Below are positions 56,166 through 64,000 of a stretch of 64,000 bases of DNA, piece by piece. Below the pieces are notes generated by a model. The model was not told where the DNA came from. It saw nothing but the letters and a program-made list of their open reading frames with translations, and did not search any database. Each line of letters begins with the position of its first letter. Positions within the stretch are counted from its first letter, which is position 1. This stretch comes from the human T2T-CHM13v2.0 reference genome, Homo sapiens. The translations under genes and the position numbers were made by a program. The DNA is taken from the NCBI RefSeq assembly GCF_009914755.1, contig NC_060930.1; one strand, given 5' to 3'.

Positions 56166-57378
56166 TGTCTTCCAAAACACCAGGCTAGCCAAACAAAACA
56201 CATCATGTCAGTTATTGACCCTGGGCTCAGGGGCTCACATAGGAGATGTGTCCTAAAACCAGAATGTGAGGCAGTGAGAGGGCACTGGGTCTGGGATGGC
56301 GGTGCTGTAGCCCTGGGCAGATGGACCCAGTGGCTCCTTCCCTAGTGCGGTGTCCGGCATGCAGCAGATGCTGGAGAGATGGACTTCAGGATGGCACTAT
56401 GCCAGCCACAATGGGCACTATGCTGTGTGCCAGTTCCTACTGCTAAGTGGAGCTAAGTGTTGCCCAGACCCATGGGGGTGCCACTGCTCTGCAGCAGGAC
56501 TGCTACTGAGGGCACACTGACATTGCATGGCCTCTGTTTTCACATGGGTCCAAGCCCAGATTGATAGATGACGATGGCAATGACCAGCCTACATAAGGCT
56601 CCTGAGAACGGTCACGTGGACATTTGCTCCCTCCTGTTGCAACATAGCTTAGCCCTGAAGGCCATCTGGGATGGAAGGCATGGCTAGCATGTGACCTGCT
56701 GCCCTGCAACGGTGACCTGCTGGCTAGCTGAGTTGCCACCCTCCTGTCTCAGGCTGCCCTTGCAGGGTACACAGACCAGGTTTTTAAGCCCCCATCTTGT
56801 TCAGCATCCATACTGCAGGGCAGGAAACTGAGGCTAGAAGACCCAGGGAGACCCCCAGTCTGGCCACTGTGGAAGCAAGGGAGTAGGTTTGGTGGGGCTG
56901 AAAGTGTTTAGGCTTGGACAGATGATCATATCCCAAACTGGCTCACATGGGACATCTATCCATTTGGAAAAAAGAAGTTATGTCCTTACCTCATCCCATA
57001 TGCAAAGACACAATGCAAGATTAAAGATCTAAATGTAAAAACACACAATGATGTAGGAACTAGAAGAAAATATGGAATAGGTGACAAAAGCTGCTTTCTA
57101 GCTGAATGACCTTGGTACAAGTCATTTGACCTACTTCTCCGTTGCCTCATCTGGAAGCTGAGAATGGTTATAATAGGGCCTGGCCTCAAAGTCATGGTGG
57201 TCACTAATTGGGTAAGCATTGGGAAAGCCCTTGAGAGAGTGGCCCACAGCAAGCAGCCTAGGACAGGACCCGCTGCCCCACCATGCAATCAGCACTTGCT
57301 GCTATACCATGATTTCATTAATTTCAACAGTCTGATAGGTAGAAAAGTGCTACTGCCTTGTTTTAGTTTGCATTGCTA

Positions 57379-57750
<372 letters not shown>

Positions 57751-58000
57751 TCATTTCATTGATCCATAGGAGTTGTTTATATTCTGCATATTGATCTGTT
57801 TTATATATATACACATATATATGTATCTATATACATTAAACATTTTTTTTCTTTAAGTATAAAAACAAAGTCACTCCAAAAAGTTAGAATACAGGCTGAA
57901 GTGCTGGCACCAACAGCCAGATTGGAGGATCTGGGAAAGTCCAAGGAAAATCTCAACCTGGTTGGTGTTGAGGGCTCACTGGCTGGCCTTTTAATTTTAA

Positions 58001-58322
<322 letters not shown>

Positions 58323-58732
58323 TAAGAATACTTTTTTTTTTTTTTAAAGAATAGTTTTACATTTACAGAAAAGTTGGAAAGATAGTGCATGGAGATCCCA
58401 TGTAGCCTGTACCCAGCTTCCCCTATCGGGCAGTTTTACCTTAGTGTGGTTCATTTGCCACAATCACTGAACCGATATTGATACATTGTTATTAACTAAA
58501 GGCCATACTTTACTGGACTTTTCTTAGTTTTTCCCTAAAGCCTTTTTCTGTTCCAGGCTCCCACCCAGGACGCCACTTTACATCTCGGTGGTGTGTCTCC
58601 CTAGGCTCCTCTTGGCTGTGACCGAGTCTCACACTTGGTTTTTGGGGACCTTGACAATTTGAGGCATGCTAGTCAGTATTTTGTAGAGTGTCCTTCCATT
58701 GGGATGTGTCTGATGTTTTCCTCATTCTTTGA

Positions 58733-59310
<578 letters not shown>

Positions 59311-59823
59311 TAACATGGTTGTGGGGAAGTAGAGTCCCTGCTGGTCATCCCGTCATGTAGGGAGACTGGCTCTGGGCCATCCTCATGTGGTGTTTTTGGA
59401 GGCTACCTGGATCCTGGCTAGGACGAAGAGCTCCCCTGTGTCTCAGTAGGCGGGCTACCCACTGTCCCACCACCACTGTCCCCCAAACCCCCTTCTCCCA
59501 TGCTATGACCCTGTTCCATTCCTGCCAATCCCTTCTTCCCACTCAGGAGGCAGGACCAGGGCTTGATTGTGAAACCTCTTGTCTCTTGTTACCATGGCAG
59601 TAGGTCTACTGGCTGTCAGAGTGAGGGACTGAAGGGGTGTGCACTCCAACCAACTTGAAAGCCACTGTCTTGAGTATCTACGACTAATTAAACGGTAAAA
59701 GGAATTAATCCTGCTGGATCATATGGCTTATCAAGAGACATGAGAGCCACAGGAATAGGTTAAACAGAAAGGTAGGGAGCCTTTTCTGGGAACTCTAACA
59801 CCTCCGGTGAGTTCTCACCTTAC

Positions 59824-59921
59824 CTTTTGTTAGAGAGGAGTTGGGACCGTTCATGCTGGGAGTCAGATGTCTGGAGAAATGGCTTCGTGTGATCGAGTGA
59901 ATTCACTGCTGGAGAATTTAC
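59824..59921 (-). CDS. KIF6: KIF6 coding exon, 98 bp, containing codon 719
   Basis: aacag|GTA AAT TCT; VNSPAVNSLDHTKPFLQTSDSQHERSQLLSNK; donor GTAAGG. Confidence 0.95.
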
Positions 59922-59973
59922 CTGTTGGCCCCAGAAGGAGTTTCACAGTGTTAGCTTGAATCTAATGACATAG

Positions 59974-60295
<322 letters not shown>

Positions 60296-62123
60296 TGATG
60301 TAATTCTTAAGGGGAACAAGCCAGCTATAAAAGTTAGTGTACACAAGGTGTATGGCCAAAAACAAATCTAGACATGGTAATGACCATAATGATGGCTTCA
60401 ACATATTGTCTAGGGATGGTAAAGAATTATGGGTAATGTTTAATTTATTCTTTATGCTTTCCTGTGCTTTCCAAGTTTTCCACGTTGAACATGTATTCCT
60501 TTTTAAAGATAGGAAAAAATTGTTTAAAATGTTATCTTCATTCTTCAAAAATACTTTCTGGTTTTGCTTCTCCTTGTCCCAAAGACCCCCTACTAAAGTC
60601 AGGAGACATCCACCGAGCACTTTGTGTAGGGGAACAGCTCTGCAAGCTGCATGTCCCCACATAGGCCTCAAGAGCAAGGCATAGATCACAGCTGGTCTAA
60701 GTCTTGGCAGAATGCCCTGTAAGCCTCCTGGAACGTGAGTGCATACAGGAAGCTTGTGAGTGGTTGCTACTAGGTTATTTCCCACTTGCTTCCCTATCCT
60801 CCCAGAAGGCTATCCTAGAAGTTTCTTGTCACCTCTCTTGTTCTAATGAGGTTTGGAGCTTTCTGCCTCTGCCCACTGAGGGTACAGCTGCAGGCTATAG
60901 AACTGCTCAGGGGCAGCATGGAATTGGCCCCTCTGTACCAGTGTATCCCACCATCCCCCTTGCTGTCATCTGGTCCCTTTTGTTTCAGTGACATCCTGTG
61001 GGGCAGGGGACACATGGAGCTGACACCCTTGCCTACTCTGGCTTTCGCTGTCTCTGTAAGTCATACACTGTCTGAATGTGTCAGCTTTGCCTGGACACTT
61101 CCTGAGTTTCGCTGGTATGACCCTTGTCGACCGGTCAGTGGTGGACTCCCTCGGGCACCAGCTGGGGAAGGCCTCATTCACTGATGAACTTGCCAGGAAG
61201 GGCTCTTAACCTGGAGTCCACAGACAGAATCCAGGGGCTCTGCCAATGTGGATGGGAGCCAATCACAGCTGCATTTCCCCTAGCTGCTACCTGAAATTAT
61301 TTCTTTCAGTGATAAATGCAGACAAGAAACCACAAAAGTATTAGCAATACCTGTGACTTTGTCACCAACGGAAATCAAGCATATTTTCATATCACCTGAC
61401 AGTTGGTGTAGAGATCTTGAAATATTGTGTCATTTCATCATGACTTTGAAGTTATGATAAATATTGGGCCTACACCTAGATCTTATTAATTAGTGCGTTT
61501 TAAAAGTGGTACACGTATTACTATACCATAACTCAAAATATTTTGATAACCGTATTTCATTCTAACTAGTTTTCTTTGTTATCTCGTGTATTTAATTTTA
61601 TCCAAATATTCTTCTCCATTGTCCTGCCGCGTGGCCACTTGCTATCACACTGGTTATTGCTTGGCTATGTCCTTGGCAAATCATCTTCTCTGGCTCTCGG
61701 TTTTCTTGTCCTTAAAATGAAGGGATCAGCCTGTCAGATAATCAGTAAGCATTCTGCCAGCCAGAAAAGGGATCTGATTGTGCGTATTTTAGCACTTCCG
61801 CTGTGCCACAACTGAGGTGTTACATGAGGAAAACTGAAACTGGGATTTTGTGCTAACACTTATGGAAAGGTCATTTTAGCCTTCATCAAACAGAAAACTT
61901 CTAAGAATTTGTCTAGGAAATATGCAAAAAATTATCTGCAAATATGTTTTGAGTAAAAAACTAGAAACAACCTAAATATTCAGCGATAGGAGATTAAAAC
62001 ATATTTACATGATGGAACAGTAACAGCCATTAAAACAACGCTGTAGGATAATAACATGAAAAAGTAGCCATGCTATACAATTAATTTTTAAAAGCCATTT
62101 GCGATACTTGAACAGCTATGTGA

Positions 62124-62434
<311 letters not shown>

Positions 62435-62940
62435 TGATTCTATTTGTACAAAAACATATGGATATATATGCATAGAAGTCAAGGTAAAAGAATATAATCA
62501 AACATGTTAATATCAATTACATTTAAGTAGAGGAATTATGGTGATTTTTACTTTCTTCTTTGTGTTTTTCTGCCTAGTAAAATTTCTATAATTCATATTC
62601 ACATATATATGACTATGATAAGAAAAACAATAAATGTCAGTAGGAAATCAGTGGAGAATATCACACAAAGCATTGGTGGCAAACCCACTGATTTTTGGGA
62701 GCTGCATCTTTTATCCCTAATTTTTCCATTAATCAGGCAGAATTTTAGGCATGACAGCAAGGAAACAATGAACCCCTGCCCTTTTGTCATCCTTGTTACT
62801 ACAGTGAGCACCTGCTTCATGAGCAGGGGCTGAGACCATGGGGGCCTGTGGGTCAAAGCCCCCACTGTGTCTCTTGACAGCCCCAGTGGGGCTGCATGAC
62901 TGGCCCCTCCCCAGCTTCCCTGATGTTCCCCAGGCCATAC

Positions 62941-63076
62941 CTGCAGGTTGGTGGCCTCCTCTGCCCACCAGACTTCAAACTCTTTCTGTAGCTTCACCTT
63001 GGCTTTGTCCATGAGCAGCTGCAAGTGCTCGATCTCCACCTTCAGGGCTTTCAGGCGAGTGAACATTGTTTTATAC
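62941..63076 (-). CDS. KIF6: KIF6 coding exon, 136 bp: coiled-coil tail (gene continues beyond window end)
   Basis: ccgcag|G TAT AAA; YKTMFTRLKALKVEIEHLQLLMDKAKVKLQKEFEVWWAEEATNLQ; donor GTATGG. Confidence 0.95.
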
Positions 63077-63821
63077 CTGCGGTGGAATCGGGGAAGAGTC
63101 AGGGCACTGCTGTCTTGAAAGCACGGCATGGATGCAGGGCTGTAAATGAATGGGGCCCGTGCCTCAGAATCCCGTCAGAGCTGCCCTGGTGCTCAGGGAC
63201 TGGGACCCTATAGGAGCTTTGGAGGCCAGGCTATGGCACCAGGGTTTGAGTCCATCACAGAGAAGCAGACGGAGACATTTTGGTCCAGTAGGCCCATGGG
63301 AATCTGTGTGTGAGATGAATAGCCTCTCCCCCAAGAATGAGAACTGCCATTTGCTGAGCACTTACTAAGGGATAAGCATTGCTGCAGGCACTCAACATAT
63401 ATAAACTCATTTAATTCTCCTCACAACCCTATGAAGGAGATACTATGATTATCACCTCCATTTTACAGATTCGGAACCTGAGACAGGTATGAAGAGGTTA
63501 TATAACTTGCTCTATGGGACAGAGATAACTGAGGAGCCAGGATTTGAACCCAGGTGGTCTGGTTCTAGAACCACAGTCTTAACTGCCTCACCATTCCGCT
63601 GGCTCACCTTCATGCTGAGGACCAAAAGTAGCACTGTGCTTATGAACGCATACATATATTGGTTTTGAGAATGCTATAATGAATCAGAAATTGTCCAATA
63701 GGAAACAGTCCAATAGCCAGGCCGAAGAGATAAGTTGGCCTCTAAGGTGACACTGAGATTGGAAATGTGGGCCAAGGGGACAAGATGAAGATGGAGTAGA
63801 GACACAAGAAGAATGGGTTGG

Positions 63822-64000
63822 AGGCTGGGTGTGGTGGTTCACACCTGTAATCCCAGCACTTTGGGAGGCTGAGGCGGGTGGATCACCTGAGGTCAGGAGT
63901 TTGAGACCAACCTGAGCCTACATGGTGAAACCGTGTTTCTACTAAAAATACACAATTAGCTGGGTGTTGTGGTGCGTGGCTGTAATCCCAGCTACTCAAG
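63822..64000 (+). mobile_element. Alu, truncated by window end
   Basis: ggctgggtgtggtggttcacacctgtaatccc... Confidence 0.93.

Overview
Human genomic DNA (Alu/L1/L2/MIR/MaLR-rich), recognisable as the chr6p21.2 KCNK17-KCNK16-KIF6 locus, with all three genes on the minus strand. The window holds the complete two-pore-domain K+ channel genes KCNK17 (TALK-2, 5 coding exons, CDS 16862->1991) and KCNK16 (TALK-1, CDS 25087->17545, with four reconstructable C-terminal splice forms of 309/294/322/262 aa). It also holds the last six coding exons and the 3'UTR of the kinesin KIF6. I set exon boundaries by hand from GT/AG sites and frame continuity. I see no wholly new biological system, and almost all other six-frame ORFs are spurious. 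The most noteworthy points are: (1) the haplotype appears non-reference, with KCNK17 exon 2 at 112 bp rather than 115 bp (an in-frame Phe loss in pore helix 1) in cis with KCNK16 Glu277/His301 and KIF6 Arg719; (2) two coding exons are built from transposons, a 51-bp KIF6 cassette inside an antisense MLT1A-type LTR and a KCNK17 alternative exon spanning MER5A and Alu sequence that removes TM4; (3) an ~800-bp element with ~165-bp, ~94%-identical inverted arms lies just past the KCNK17 polyA signal; (4) a ~530-bp direct duplication lies upstream of KCNK16; (5) the KCNK16 polyA signal abuts the KCNK17 CpG-island promoter and the two genes share intron phases, which would allow in-frame read-through chimeras. 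Reference proteins and variant names are recalled from memory, not looked up. Repeat boundaries and subfamilies are approximate.
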